Shown here: positions 8,272 to 17,824 of the stretch, piece after piece
Position numbering within the stretch: position 1 is the stretch's first letter
Layout: the number at the start of each line of letters is the position of its first letter
UHGV virus genome: UHGV-1970909
Origin: a virus
DNA length: 31,791 nt
Direction: 5' to 3' (one strand)
Position numbers and translations under genes: made by a program
The notes under the pieces: generated by a model
The model's input: only the letters and a program-made list of their open reading frames with translations
What the model was told of the DNA's origin: nothing
The model's database searches: none

Positions 8272-9965
8272 CAGGCAAGCCTCACGATATAGTTGAATGC
8301 GATGTTTTTGACGGTGTTTTCAGCGTTACCGGCTGCATTAACAGTGATGTTATGTCCGTGAGCCCCTATTGCCACAGTATGACTGTGTGCACCAATACCG
8401 ACATTATGGTTGTGGGCTCCGATGGCTACGGTATGGGCGTGAGCTCCGGCAGAACCTGTTGCCGTGGACGTATATTGAGTTGCCAGGCGTCCGGATGTTA
8501 GCGGCACTTTTCCGCCCTGGTTAGCACCATCTGACGTGGGTATCGGATGCGTGTGCGCCCCTGTGTTATTGGTGGTTTTCGTCCCGTAATCAAAGGTCGT
8601 GGTGGTTTTCGTTCCGTGGTCAAAAGCACTGGTGGTTTTCGTCCCTAAATCGGTGCTCGATGCGCTGGCACCGTGGGCGTGCGATTTAATCCCATCCTGC
8701 TCCTGAGACAAAATTGCGCGCCCACTTGCGGGTTTACCTTTGATTGTCCAGCCCCGCATATCAGGAATAACTCCCGACGGATACACCACAGCAAGCAGCG
8801 GATACGCGGCTTTATCAAAAGTTTGTCCCTGCATGACGGCATAGCCAGCGGGAACACTGTCAGACGGCCACGCAACGGGAGCGCCTACCGGAAAAACATC
8901 ATCAGGCGTCCACGGTGTCCATGCGCCTGTTGAATACTGGCTGCGCGAGTAGCTCCGGGAGCTGTTATAAACCCGGTATACCTGAGTCACTCCGGCATTT
9001 TTATAAATGACCAGCGTCCCGGCGTTATTTTCAGGGTAATGTCTGGCGGCTGAGGTATTGGCGTTCGCTGGCTGAAAGTAAATACCCGGCGTTTTAAGGG
9101 TGTCTAAATCCTCCGTTACCAGCCCAATAGCCTGACCGTCGAAAATATCCTTCGAGGTGACACTGGTGTCAGCATTCAGGGAATGTCCGTTAATTTTACG
9201 CGTGGAGGGAACGCGGCCATTAGCATTATCATTCGCCACTTTGACCGCTTTCGGTGTCGCAGCAAGCACCTCAGACACGCTGTCGGTGGCGCTACTGAGC
9301 TGGACAATCCCCTTCTGTGCCGTGGTCGCGTCCTGAGCCGTATATTTACCTTTCGCAAGGTCATACGCCACCTTGACCGCTTTCGGCGTTGCGGCGAGCG
9401 CCTCAGACGTGCTGTCGGTCGCACTGCTTAACTGCGTGAACCCTTTTTCTTTCAGCGTGGCGTCAGGATGGCGACGGGACTGCTCATGCTCTGCGAGTTT
9501 ATCGTCGACATAATCCTGCGTCGCCATCACCAGTGTCGTATCGATGGACAGCTCGACGGTGTCGATATCGCTCACCATGATCACCATGCGCAGCGTCTGT
9601 GCGCGGCCTGACCCTTCCGCCAGTTCGGGCTTATAACTTTCGGCCATATTGCCGACCGCAATCAGCGTGCCGGTGTCATCGTAAAGCCCCATTTCACGCA
9701 GCCAGAAACCGCCGGTCTCCGGGGGGATCACCAGCTCCGCCACGACATAATTTTTATGTTTTTTGTCCAGGCTGATTTTGTTCAGCGCATGGCGCCAGAC
9801 CTCATTGACGAGTTTTGTCTGACTGGCGTCTGGTTCGGGCAGCTTACCGCCACCGTCCCCGACGGCCATCACCGCAAAATTGACTTTTTTCCCGTTCGGG
9901 AGCGTCGCCGCCGCCAGTTTTTCCGCACCGGCTCGGGTGATAACGGTTTTATATTTCACTGTCAT
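8271..9965 (-). CDS. H: Tail fibre protein gpH, 564 aa, with internal repeats and a His-rich C-terminal tip
   Basis: N-terminus [40 protein letters not shown] is typical of P2-family H; duplicated [22 protein letters not shown] segment; C-terminal HGTKTT and GAHxH repeats. Confidence 0.9.
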   Translation of the reverse strand: MTVKYKTVITRAGAEKLAAATLPNGKKVNFAVMAVGDGGGKLPEPDASQTKLVNEVWRHALNKISLDKKHKNYVVAELVIPPETGGFWLREMGLYDDTGTLIAVGNMAESYKPELAEGSGRAQTLRMVIMVSDIDTVELSIDTTLVMATQDYVDDKLAEHEQSRRHPDATLKEKGFTQLSSATDSTSEALAATPKAVKVAYDLAKGKYTAQDATTAQKGIVQLSSATDSVSEVLAATPKAVKVANDNANGRVPSTRKINGHSLNADTSVTSKDIFDGQAIGLVTEDLDTLKTPGIYFQPANANTSAARHYPENNAGTLVIYKNAGVTQVYRVYNSSRSYSRSQYSTGAWTPWTPDDVFPVGAPVAWPSDSVPAGYAVMQGQTFDKAAYPLLAVVYPSGVIPDMRGWTIKGKPASGRAILSQEQDGIKSHAHGASASSTDLGTKTTSAFDHGTKTTTTFDYGTKTTNNTGAHTHPIPTSDGANQGGKVPLTSGRLATQYTSTATGSAGAHAHTVAIGAHNHNVGIGAHSHTVAIGAHGHNITVNAAGNAENTVKNIAFNYIVRLA

Positions 9966-9976
9966 TGTGTTCTCAC

Positions 9977-10507
9977 TTATCCGGGGTAAACCGTGATGAT
10001 GTCGCCGTCGTAGGTCAGGGCTCCGGTGAAGAGATAACCCGGGATGTCCTGAATAATATTCAGGCCGATAAGATGGCGACTGGCTGGCTTTGCATCGGCA
10101 ATAAGCCTTTCCATTTCGTAATACATTTCCTCGGTGATGCCGGTCTTCAGCACGCCGATATCAAGGCGAAACGTGCCCGGCGGGTCGTTCGTCTCCCACC
10201 ACTCCGTCACGTTAATCAGATACCCGAGCGGCTCGACCACACGACGCACCGCGCCTATCGTCCCTTTATGCGCATGGATAAACCACGCGCTGCGGATAAC
10301 CTCGCGTTTGGTTTCTTCCGGCCAGCTCTCATCCCAGCGATCAACCGAAAACGCCCAGGCCAGCCACGGCAGCAGATTTGCGGGGCAGTTGTCAGGGTTC
10401 CAGAGGTGACGCAGCGGGACAGGGGTATTTTCGATATCCGCGCAGGCGCGCGCCGCCGCCACCTCAAGCGGCGACGAGCCCACCGGCAGCAAACGGTTAT
10501 CACTCAT
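9977..10507 (-). CDS. I: Baseplate protein gpI, 176 aa
   Basis: Synteny J-I-H and size as P2 gpI. Confidence 0.88.
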   Translation of the reverse strand: MSDNRLLPVGSSPLEVAAARACADIENTPVPLRHLWNPDNCPANLLPWLAWAFSVDRWDESWPEETKREVIRSAWFIHAHKGTIGAVRRVVEPLGYLINVTEWWETNDPPGTFRLDIGVLKTGITEEMYYEMERLIADAKPASRHLIGLNIIQDIPGYLFTGALTYDGDIITVYPG

Positions 10508-11408
10508 CGTTGCCCCCGATATTTACGCTGTACGCAGTGCAATATGACGCCTGCGTCTCATTGAGTACGATGTCAGCGACCGGCGCGACAAGTTCGACAC
10601 GCTGCACGCCCTCGACGTGAAGCGCGGCATAGATGGCAGACTTGCGGATGTCACGCCCGAGCCGGTGCTGCGCGCTGATATAGGTCTGCAGCTTCGCTTT
10701 TGCCGCACTGAGCACCGGCTCGCTTTCGGGGCCGGGATAAAGATAAAGCGCGGCATCGATGGTGTAGTCGACAATGACCGCCGACTGCACGGTCACGCGG
10801 TCAGCAACCGGCCTCACATCCTCATCGTTCAGCGCATTACGCACCACGGCGAGCAGCTCCCCGGATGCCGCGCCGTTATTCTCCCGGGACAGTACCGACA
10901 CGGTCACGCAGGCAGGTTCCGGGCTGATAACAGAAATATCGGCGACCCGCCCGTCAGCGCTGCGGCCATGAAACTGATACGCACCGGTCGACCCGGCCAC
11001 GCTCATTCCTTCAAAGGCCTGTTGAATACGCAGACGGTAATCGGTGTCCGACTCCATCACAGCAGGTGTCGGCGGCAGCGTGGTTTCATCAGCAGGCGTA
11101 ATAACGAGACGTTCAACGTTGTAATTTGCGCCGATATTGTCGAGGTCGTTTGCGGCAGCACAGGCCAGCATCACCGCCCGTGCCGACTCATTCACCCGCT
11201 GACGCCAGATAACCTCCCGATACGCATTTTCCTGCAGCAGCTTAACAATCGGCTCAGATTCAAGCGTCAGCGTGCGCGCGACCGCGTCCTGTTGCTCTTC
11301 GGGATACAGCGAGACAAGCGTCGCTTTTCGCTCTGTCAGGATGGTTTCATAATCCAGCTCTTCCACAACATCAGGTGCGGCGAGCTGGCTCAGGTCAACA
11401 ATAGCCAT
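10500..11408 (-). CDS. J: Baseplate wedge protein gpJ, 302 aa
   Basis: Synteny W-J-I and size as P2 gpJ. Confidence 0.92.
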   Translation of the reverse strand: MAIVDLSQLAAPDVVEELDYETILTERKATLVSLYPEEQQDAVARTLTLESEPIVKLLQENAYREVIWRQRVNESARAVMLACAAANDLDNIGANYNVERLVITPADETTLPPTPAVMESDTDYRLRIQQAFEGMSVAGSTGAYQFHGRSADGRVADISVISPEPACVTVSVLSRENNGAASGELLAVVRNALNDEDVRPVADRVTVQSAVIVDYTIDAALYLYPGPESEPVLSAAKAKLQTYISAQHRLGRDIRKSAIYAALHVEGVQRVELVAPVADIVLNETQASYCTAYSVNIGGNDE

Positions 11409-11413
11409 AACGT

Positions 11414-11764
11414 TTAACTCAGTGGAAGGGTGATAGAAAAAGGCTGGCCTGATGCCGAACGCGTGCCGGTCATATCGACGTACATCGCGCCGTCATCCTC
11501 TCCGCGTTCAAAGGTGATGGTCGACAAACTGACGCGCGGTTCCCACTTCTGGATCGCGGAGTAGCACGCGGCCATAATCTGCAGACGCAGCGCCGGGGTC
11601 TGCGGCTGGTCAATCAGTGCAGACAACAGCGAGCCATATTCGCGGCGCATGACCCGCGATCCCACCGGCGTGACCAGAATGTCGCGCACGCTTTGCCTGA
11701 TGTGCTCAACCTCAGAAATACTGAGGCCGGTCTGGCTGTTCATTCCCAGATAACGCACCGTCAT
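11414..11764 (-). CDS. W: Baseplate protein gpW, 116 aa
   Basis: Synteny V-W-J and size as P2 gpW. Confidence 0.9.
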   Translation of the reverse strand: MTVRYLGMNSQTGLSISEVEHIRQSVRDILVTPVGSRVMRREYGSLLSALIDQPQTPALRLQIMAACYSAIQKWEPRVSLSTITFERGEDDGAMYVDMTGTRSASGQPFSITLPLS

Positions 11765-12402
11765 TTGACCCCCTTCGTCCAGTTTCCGCCTGGCTCCACG
11801 CCACCATGATCGTGGTCATCGACCTGCACGCCATTTGAGGTAAATTTCCCGCCGGTGTGCTCGATGTTCCCCGACATCGTCCCGCCTTTTTTCACTTCGA
11901 GCGTGCCGGTTGTCAGCTTGTTGGTACACACCACCTCGGGTGTATCGAGGGTGATGCGGGTGGATGCCTTAACCAGTACCAGCGGCACGGTGGCAGTAAT
12001 GGACTCTGATGCAATGACGTCGGCAGTTTTAATACCGGACACGGTGAGCGCCCCGTTTTCGGGTTCGTACTCAATAACCGCCCCGTCAGGAAACGAGACA
12101 TGCAGGGCATCGGGTGAGGCAGACGGCGCGGGATGGTCATCAGAGAAAATACCAGGCAGCACAAAGGCAGTGTCGAGTTCGCCCCCAATGGCAAGAATGA
12201 GCACCTGCTCGCCAACGGAAGGAGCCCACCACACCCGTGAGCGACCGGCGCGACAGGTCAGCCAGTTAAGCCACGTGGTTTGCATCCCTCCGGTCTGCAC
12301 ACGACAAAGCCCCTCAACGGGTTCAACGTCTGTCACAACGCCGGTGCGGATAAGGTTGCGGATCGCACGAGCGATTTCCTGCAGAGAAGTTAAATTGTTC
12401 AT
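11761..12402 (-). CDS. V: Baseplate spike/hub protein gpV, 213 aa
   Basis: Start placed at MNNLTSLQEIARAI (residue 35 of the six-frame ORF), giving a P2-V-sized product; ATGA overlap with W. Confidence 0.88.
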   Translation of the reverse strand: MNNLTSLQEIARAIRNLIRTGVVTDVEPVEGLCRVQTGGMQTTWLNWLTCRAGRSRVWWAPSVGEQVLILAIGGELDTAFVLPGIFSDDHPAPSASPDALHVSFPDGAVIEYEPENGALTVSGIKTADVIASESITATVPLVLVKASTRITLDTPEVVCTNKLTTGTLEVKKGGTMSGNIEHTGGKFTSNGVQVDDHDHGGVEPGGNWTKGVK

Positions 12403-12789
12403 GGGGAAAGGATGCCGCCGGGGAGGGGCAGCAGCAATCGAGCGGGGTTTTATGAGGGATGAAACAACAAACGGCAACTCAGACTTGTCATTACAGACCA
12501 ACACCTCCTTTGAGGGGCTGATTGAAACCTAGTCGAACATCCAGCGTTGTTCCTTAGCTGCGTGACAATGTTTTTGAACACAGTATTGGCCAAAGCTGAG
12601 CCGAAATTGGCATCCTACGAAAAATTCGATTTCTCTAGCCAGTAGTTCGATTTTAGATTTTGTATTACCTTACTCAATGAGTTTTTGGTCAGATTTTTAA
12701 CACACTCAACGCCAAAAGCGGGCGCTCACGTAAACATATCCATTTTTGCTTGAGACATATTTACTATTACAGTGAGCAGTTTATCTGTT

Positions 12790-12820
12790 TTCCAAAAGAG
12801 GCAGAGGTATATTTCTGCCT
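12790..12820 (-). terminator. Candidate terminator of the AT-rich membrane-protein cargo gene
   Basis: Hairpin AGGCAG (12799-12804) / CTGCCT (12815-12820) with a 10-nt loop, 14 nt past the stop, followed on the minus strand by CTCTTTTGG. Confidence 0.35.
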
Positions 12821-12833
12821 AGCGCATGTTGCC

Positions 12834-13820
12834 TTATGGATTTGACTTACCTGAAGTCTCTTTTTTTATTTCAAATTTCCCACCCTTGAACATGATATTC
12901 GAATCTTTGATTCCATACAAAAGCATTTCATAAGGATGGTTAATTTTTTGTTCTTTTGTAGCGATACTGGAATTCATCAATTGCAACAAAGCCACATGAT
13001 GTTCACTCGCCCCTAACTCTACCATTTTGGTAGCCATGTTGCTTATCTGTTCTCGTTTTAAAAAATCTTCCCGGAGAGAAAGTAACGTTAAACTTCGTGC
13101 GTTACAAAACTTTATCATGTAAACAACAAACGCACCTAACCCAATATAGGAAAACGATAATGCTAAATAAATAGACGGTGTGGTTATTATGTTTTGCCCA
13201 AATATAAGAAAACCCAGCAGGCCAAAAAAATAAAAAACATTCACCAAAATAAACATGTTACTCATCAGAGCCTTTGTACTTCGAGTTGCATCATATTCTT
13301 TCTCCAGATGCTCCAAAAATGATGATATTTTTATTAAATTTAACTTTTCAATTGTTTCCTTCTCTAAAATCTTGAATTGCTCACTCTCTCTAATTAATTT
13401 TTTGGTAGTGTCCTCCACTGTATCATGCAATGATTCAGTGATCGCCTCTTCAATTTTATTTTCAGAAAACACGCTTGTTAAAGCGTAATTGGCTAATTCC
13501 TTTTGTCTTTTCTCGATTAAACTTTCGACATTTTCTCTGTACGCATCAAAATATTTTTGACCACTCTCGTTTAGCAATATTTTACGAATATGAAATTTTA
13601 TTTTCTCATCTGCCATTGGTTGGCTTTCAGTGTTACCATTCTTCTTTGTGTTATTATCTTTAGTTTCCGCATTATACCTGTCCTTGCCTGAATCAAGTAA
13701 GTTCCGTGAAATGAATTTCACCACAGGACCACGCAGAATAGCTATAGCTATTGCCATTGCAAGAATGAATGGTGAAGCATCAATAAATGATCGCGCAAAT
13801 ACGAAAGAGATTTCACTCAT
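12834..13820 (-). CDS. Cargo gene: predicted integral membrane protein with coiled-coil region (about 329 aa), function unknown
   Basis: AT-rich ORF in the gap between V and S (P2 orf30 position). Hydrophobic helices at FILAMAIAIAIL and FILVNVFYFFGLLGFLIFG...IYLALSFSYIGLGAFVVYMI, with a long charged K/E-rich middle. Start chosen at MSEISF (ATG with GGGAA 6 nt upstream); the six-frame ORF begins at an upstream TTG. Confidence 0.7.
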   Translation of the reverse strand: MSEISFVFARSFIDASPFILAMAIAIAILRGPVVKFISRNLLDSGKDRYNAETKDNNTKKNGNTESQPMADEKIKFHIRKILLNESGQKYFDAYRENVESLIEKRQKELANYALTSVFSENKIEEAITESLHDTVEDTTKKLIRESEQFKILEKETIEKLNLIKISSFLEHLEKEYDATRSTKALMSNMFILVNVFYFFGLLGFLIFGQNIITTPSIYLALSFSYIGLGAFVVYMIKFCNARSLTLLSLREDFLKREQISNMATKMVELGASEHHVALLQLMNSSIATKEQKINHPYEMLLYGIKDSNIMFKGGKFEIKKETSGKSNP

Positions 13821-14133
13821 AAACATTTCCCTATCTAAAATCAAAGAGTTTACTTTTACCCATATTTTCTACTGACTGAACCAGTTTGACAAGAGAGATA
13901 AGCATCTTTAATATCGATTTTGCCCATTAGGCATGAAAATAAAAAATACCACATGAAATCAATATCATACAATGACCACGCGTTGACCTCATCCATAACC
14001 AATAAATTATCTGATCATGAAATTCTTGATATGCATTGCAGAATTCGATTTCCACCATTTCGCTTTTAGATGTTCATCAAATATCAACACCCCACTATCA
14101 GTAGTTGACAGATCAACTCGTAGCTAATTCAAA

Positions 14134-14574
14134 TCAGATGAGTAAAAAAAGATCCTCAATTAATTGTATATCGTTCCTGCTAAATCCGAGTAACTGGCGT
14201 TCTGGATATTGCACGTCCTGAGCATGAGGGTTTGGCCGGTCTTTGAGTCCGAACTGATGAATCTGCGCGATGCGTTGCACCTTGCCAGTGAATTCCACCA
14301 CGGCAGTATCATTGCGGCCACTGGCTTTCATGTAGCGACTGGTTCGCAACTTCTGAAACATCGCCCGTTTAATGCGTCCTTTTTTTGCCCTCAGCGGCTG
14401 GCGTTTTCGTGCCTGATACGGCGTGCCATCAGGTGCTTTTTGCTGTTTGATTCGTTGCTGTTGCGATCTGCGCAGTTCCTTCGCAATCTCAGCGGCCAGC
14501 TTGCGCCGACCCACCGGTGATATTGCCGCAATCAGTCCCGCAAGTTTGTCATCAAAAGGTTTAAATTCATTCAT
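14134..14574 (-). CDS. S: Tail completion / virion morphogenesis protein gpS, 146 aa
   Basis: Synteny R-S-(cargo)-V and size as P2 gpS; overlaps R by 8 nt. Confidence 0.82.
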   Translation of the reverse strand: MNEFKPFDDKLAGLIAAISPVGRRKLAAEIAKELRRSQQQRIKQQKAPDGTPYQARKRQPLRAKKGRIKRAMFQKLRTSRYMKASGRNDTAVVEFTGKVQRIAQIHQFGLKDRPNPHAQDVQYPERQLLGFSRNDIQLIEDLFLLI

Positions 14575-15034
14575 CCCATTTGCTCACCAGTTCGCCATTG
14601 ATATACAGCTCAGTCGGTCGCGTCACCGGCTCGGGTAATGGTGGCTCAGGTGCATAGCTGACATGCAGCGCCCCGTTTTCATCCCTGACGAGGGTGCGCT
14701 CGGTAAGCTGCAGGCTGATACTGATATCAACATTATCCCCGTCATTTAAATCCATCTGGAATCGATAACCCTTTTTGCGCCCCTCATCCAGCGTGCAGAT
14801 GTCCGGCTGGTTCTCACGCAGCCACGCGGCTACCGGCACGAAAATCAGGTCAGGGTCGCCGACAAAATCGCAGACAATCACATTCAGGGTGTAATTCTTT
14901 TCATGAGACAGCGAGGCCGCAAGACGCGCATCGATATTCCCCTCATCGGCAAAGATACGCATCATTTCGGGATTGTTTTTTAACTGCGGTACAGCGTCAG
15001 TAAGCGCCTGGCGCAGGCTTTTCATTTTCTGCAT
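14567..15034 (-). CDS. R: Tail completion protein gpR, 155 aa
   Basis: Synteny directly downstream of the lysis cassette; same length as P2 gpR. Confidence 0.85.
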   Translation of the reverse strand: MQKMKSLRQALTDAVPQLKNNPEMMRIFADEGNIDARLAASLSHEKNYTLNVIVCDFVGDPDLIFVPVAAWLRENQPDICTLDEGRKKGYRFQMDLNDGDNVDISISLQLTERTLVRDENGALHVSYAPEPPLPEPVTRPTELYINGELVSKWDE

Positions 15035-15287
15035 CGATTTTATCCTGACAGTCTTTGATGGTTTCGACCTTTATCGCGCAGGCGGTGAGCGCGTGCTCAA
15101 GCCTGCGAATATCGGCACTCAGGTCGCCGTTAGTTGTGGGCTCGCTTCCCGGCATCGGGCAGAGGCTCACCTTCTGGCAGGCGTTGTAAACAATGACCGG
15201 CGGAGGCGCAGCCGGTGCGGGTGTGCAACCGGCGCACAGCATCAGGCAAGTCAGCGCTATACCAGCGGCGCAAATCCTCGTTTTCAT
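14997..15287 (-). CDS. lysC: Rz1-like outer-membrane lipoprotein spanin (LysC-like), embedded/overlapping
   Basis: Signal peptide plus lipobox (LMLCAGC) followed by a Pro-rich segment; starts inside lysB in another frame and runs into R, the P2 lysB/lysC arrangement. Confidence 0.5.
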   Translation of the reverse strand: MKTRICAAGIALTCLMLCAGCTPAPAAPPPVIVYNACQKVSLCPMPGSEPTTNGDLSADIRRLEHALTACAIKVETIKDCQDKIDAENEKPAPGAY

Positions 15288-15555
15288 TCAGCAGCCTCGT
15301 TATGGTTTGTTCACGTCTTACCGCCAGCTCTCCGGCGGCGTTCAGCTCGTCGCTGAGCCTGACCTGCGCGGCTTCATTCGTCCTGGCGATGCGCTGCGAT
15401 ACGGCAAACTGATTTTTCAGCATACCAATCGTCGTCTTTTGCTCATTGGCGACCCGGTTCGCCTTTTCAAAGGAGCGGGATAAATTCGCGTTATCGTGGC
15501 GCAGCCACAGCACCACGGCGAGCAGCCCGGCCAGCAGAATAATCAGCACTTTCAT
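15130..15555 (-). CDS. lysB: Rz-like inner-membrane spanin (LysB-like), 141 aa
   Basis: Start at MKVLIILLAGLLAVVLW (N-terminal TM anchor) followed by a coiled-coil region; ATGA overlap with the endolysin stop. Confidence 0.75.
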   Translation of the reverse strand: MKVLIILLAGLLAVVLWLRHDNANLSRSFEKANRVANEQKTTIGMLKNQFAVSQRIARTNEAAQVRLSDELNAAGELAVRREQTITRLLNENEDLRRWYSADLPDAVRRLHTRTGCASAGHCLQRLPEGEPLPDAGKRAHN

Positions 15556-16061
15556 TGCATCCCCTTCACGCAGTAAGCCCACTCCCGATCGCGTCGGTTT
15601 TCCAGCCCCCGGTTTCGGACACCATTCACGTACACCCAGCGGGTGAGCTGGTCGCACGCCTGCCACCACTGATGACGCTTTATATACGAGACCAGCGTCG
15701 AACGGCAGGCAGCGCCCGTTCCCACGTTAAAGGCAAAACTGACCAGCGTGTCATAGACGCGCGGTGGCATATCCACCGGCACACAGACCGCGAGCCGTTG
15801 CTCAGTGTTGAGTACATCCGCAACGAGGTTTTCCGCCGCACGCTGCTCGGTGATATCCCCTTTAGGGACGACACCGGCAGTGTGGCCAATGCCCGACGTC
15901 CACACGCCCGCGCTGCACTGGTAAGGCGTCAGGCGACATCCTTCAAGGTCAGCAATCAGCGCCAGCCCCTCGGGCGAGGTGTTAAGCAGACGAAAGTCAG
16001 GCACCAGTGCCGCCAGCGCCAGCACGGCGGCCACACTGCAGCGTTTAATGATTGAGCTCAC
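15552..16061 (-). CDS. K: Endolysin, lysozyme-like, probably signal-anchor-release (SAR) type, 169 aa
   Basis: N-terminal weakly hydrophobic stretch CSVAAVLALAALVP, then an E...C...T arrangement (ADLEGCRLTPYQCSAGVWT) resembling SAR endolysins of the T4-lysozyme fold; position between holin and spanins. Confidence 0.82.
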   Translation of the reverse strand: MSSIIKRCSVAAVLALAALVPDFRLLNTSPEGLALIADLEGCRLTPYQCSAGVWTSGIGHTAGVVPKGDITEQRAAENLVADVLNTEQRLAVCVPVDMPPRVYDTLVSFAFNVGTGAACRSTLVSYIKRHQWWQACDQLTRWVYVNGVRNRGLENRRDREWAYCVKGMQ

Positions 16062-16266
16062 GTATCGCCCCCTTATCGAGTCCGAGCGATTTCAGATAGC
16101 GAAAGGTTTTGCGCTTAAACCAGTAGTTCGTCAGCGCGGTAAAAATGGCGCAGGCACTACCCACATACAACGCCAGCTTTTCGGGCGACATCGCCCCGAA
16201 ATAGGCCAGTCCCACGGCCAGCCAGTAAGCGATAAAGGTCGTGATTTTTTCCACACTCAGTCCCAT
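16045..16266 (-). CDS. Y: Holin (two-TM, pinholin-like), 73 aa
   Basis: Two hydrophobic helices (ITTFIAYWLAVGLAYFGAM; LALYVGSACAIFTALTNYW) and a basic C-terminus; immediately upstream of the endolysin. Confidence 0.6.
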   Translation of the reverse strand: MGLSVEKITTFIAYWLAVGLAYFGAMSPEKLALYVGSACAIFTALTNYWFKRKTFRYLKSLGLDKGAIRELNH

Positions 16267-16460
16267 AGATTCACCGTTTCGGTTTTCGGAGCGCTGTCGG
16301 TTTCGGGCAGGTCAATAGCCGTGCCGTGCGGCACAATAACGCCCAGCTCTGCCAGCCCCGGATTCGCCTGCAGCACCGTTTCAACGACGCCCTCAGTGCG
16401 CCCGTAATACCGGGCGCAAATCACATCAAGGGTGTCACCCTGCATCGCATAAACCTTCAT
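16257..16460 (-). CDS. X: Tail protein gpX, 67 aa
   Basis: Start at MKVYAMQGDTLD gives 67 aa, the P2 gpX length; 1-nt overlap with the L stop. Confidence 0.8.
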   Translation of the reverse strand: MKVYAMQGDTLDVICARYYGRTEGVVETVLQANPGLAELGVIVPHGTAIDLPETDSAPKTETVNLWD

Positions 16461-16966
16461 CAGATTTGGCCGACAATACAGCGCGGCTTGTCCTGAATAC
16501 GCGCCACCGACCAGCGCATATCCCGCCACAGTTCATCGATAACCGCCTCGGCGCTTTCCGCCTTGCGGTCACCTTTCGCCGTCGCATCGATGCCGCGATA
16601 GCGTTCAAACAGGGTGGCACTGGTCATGGCGCAAACGGCGCGGAAATAGTGGAAACAGCGCACGCTTTCACCGTCGATATCATCGGCAGGCACATCCGCC
16701 AGCGTCTGATGACCTGCAGCCATCTGGTCAGCCCGCCACAGGGCAAGCTCCGCATTGGTTTCGGCCATACCGGCTTTAATCGCATCATTCAGGCGCAGCG
16801 GGGAAACGGTCTGCTCCAGACGCATCAACTCACGCACGCGCTTCGGATCAACATCAGGAAAAAAGAAGGTGTTTTTAATTACCGGCTCGCTCACGCCCGG
16901 TGGCGGTATCACCACGCCCGGCACGTCCTGCGGCTCTTTTTTTGGCTCAATAATCACTGTCGTCAT
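16460..16966 (-). CDS. L: Head completion/stabilisation protein gpL, 168 aa
   Basis: Synteny M-L-X and size as P2 gpL. Confidence 0.9.
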   Translation of the reverse strand: MTTVIIEPKKEPQDVPGVVIPPPGVSEPVIKNTFFFPDVDPKRVRELMRLEQTVSPLRLNDAIKAGMAETNAELALWRADQMAAGHQTLADVPADDIDGESVRCFHYFRAVCAMTSATLFERYRGIDATAKGDRKAESAEAVIDELWRDMRWSVARIQDKPRCIVGQI

Positions 16967-17065
16967 GACAACCTCGGGTAATGGGTGGGCGGTGGACGCC
17001 GGTCGCAGTCAGGGCAATCAATACCCGCATTGACCGGCGTGCCGCCCGGCTCGGGGAGCGCTCGG

Positions 17066-17821
17066 TTAACCTGCGGCTTTTGCCGCTTTCGGGGGACGCC
17101 CGCGCCGTGCCGCCGGTTTAGCGACAGGTTTGCGCGTGCGCGGTTTATTCTGTTTTGGTGCGGGTTCTGGTTTGGGTTTCAGCGCGCGTTCAAGCTGCTC
17201 AATATCCTTTTTCACACCGATAGCCCGCTCTAACTGGATCGCACGCTGCAGGTGCGCCAGCGCGTCAGTCAGGTTGCCAGCATCACGCAGCACGTAGCCG
17301 GTGATTTTGTGCAGCTTCGCACGCACGATATCGGGCATGTCTGCGCGTTCGGTCAGAGTGATGGTGTCGAGCAGGAGCGACAGCCCGACAGGCTGTTTTG
17401 CATCAAGCAGGCGCTGTGCTGACAGTGCGACCTCTTCGGCCAGTAAATACGGCGTTGTGCGGCGGTGGCCGCCGGTCGGCATGGTCAGGCCATACGTCAT
17501 CGCGTAACGGGCGATCTCCAGCGCACCGGCGATATCATCAGCATCAAGACGCCAGAGCATGACGGTCATGACAATGTCATCCTGCGCCCCTTTGCCGGAG
17601 CTGAGAACACCACCCACCCACGGCAGATAAAACGGCAACAGCTCGCGCTTTTTGTCTGCCTTGCGCTCGTTGGAGCGGATTTGTTTTAACGTGCGACAGT
17701 CTGCGGCCAGCTTGACGAGCATCTGCTCATAGGCAGTTGCATTACGCAGCGGAGCAGCAGCCCGCCGCGCAGTTTCAGAGGCCGAGACCCGCATCATGTG
17801 ACGCGCTGCGGGACTCGTCAT
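17066..17821 (-). CDS. M: Terminase small (endonuclease) subunit gpM, 251 aa
   Basis: Synteny N-M-L; basic C-terminal tail; size as P2 gpM. Confidence 0.9.
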   Translation of the reverse strand: MTSPAARHMMRVSASETARRAAAPLRNATAYEQMLVKLAADCRTLKQIRSNERKADKKRELLPFYLPWVGGVLSSGKGAQDDIVMTVMLWRLDADDIAGALEIARYAMTYGLTMPTGGHRRTTPYLLAEEVALSAQRLLDAKQPVGLSLLLDTITLTERADMPDIVRAKLHKITGYVLRDAGNLTDALAHLQRAIQLERAIGVKKDIEQLERALKPKPEPAPKQNKPRTRKPVAKPAARRGRPPKAAKAAG

Positions 17822-17824
17822 GGC

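Noticed and set aside
8330-8650. Short tandem DNA repeats that could be mistaken for a CRISPR array or VNTR
   Set aside because: They are in-frame coding repeats inside the tail-fibre gene H (HGTKTT and GAHxH peptide repeats), with no spacer-repeat architecture and no cas genes.
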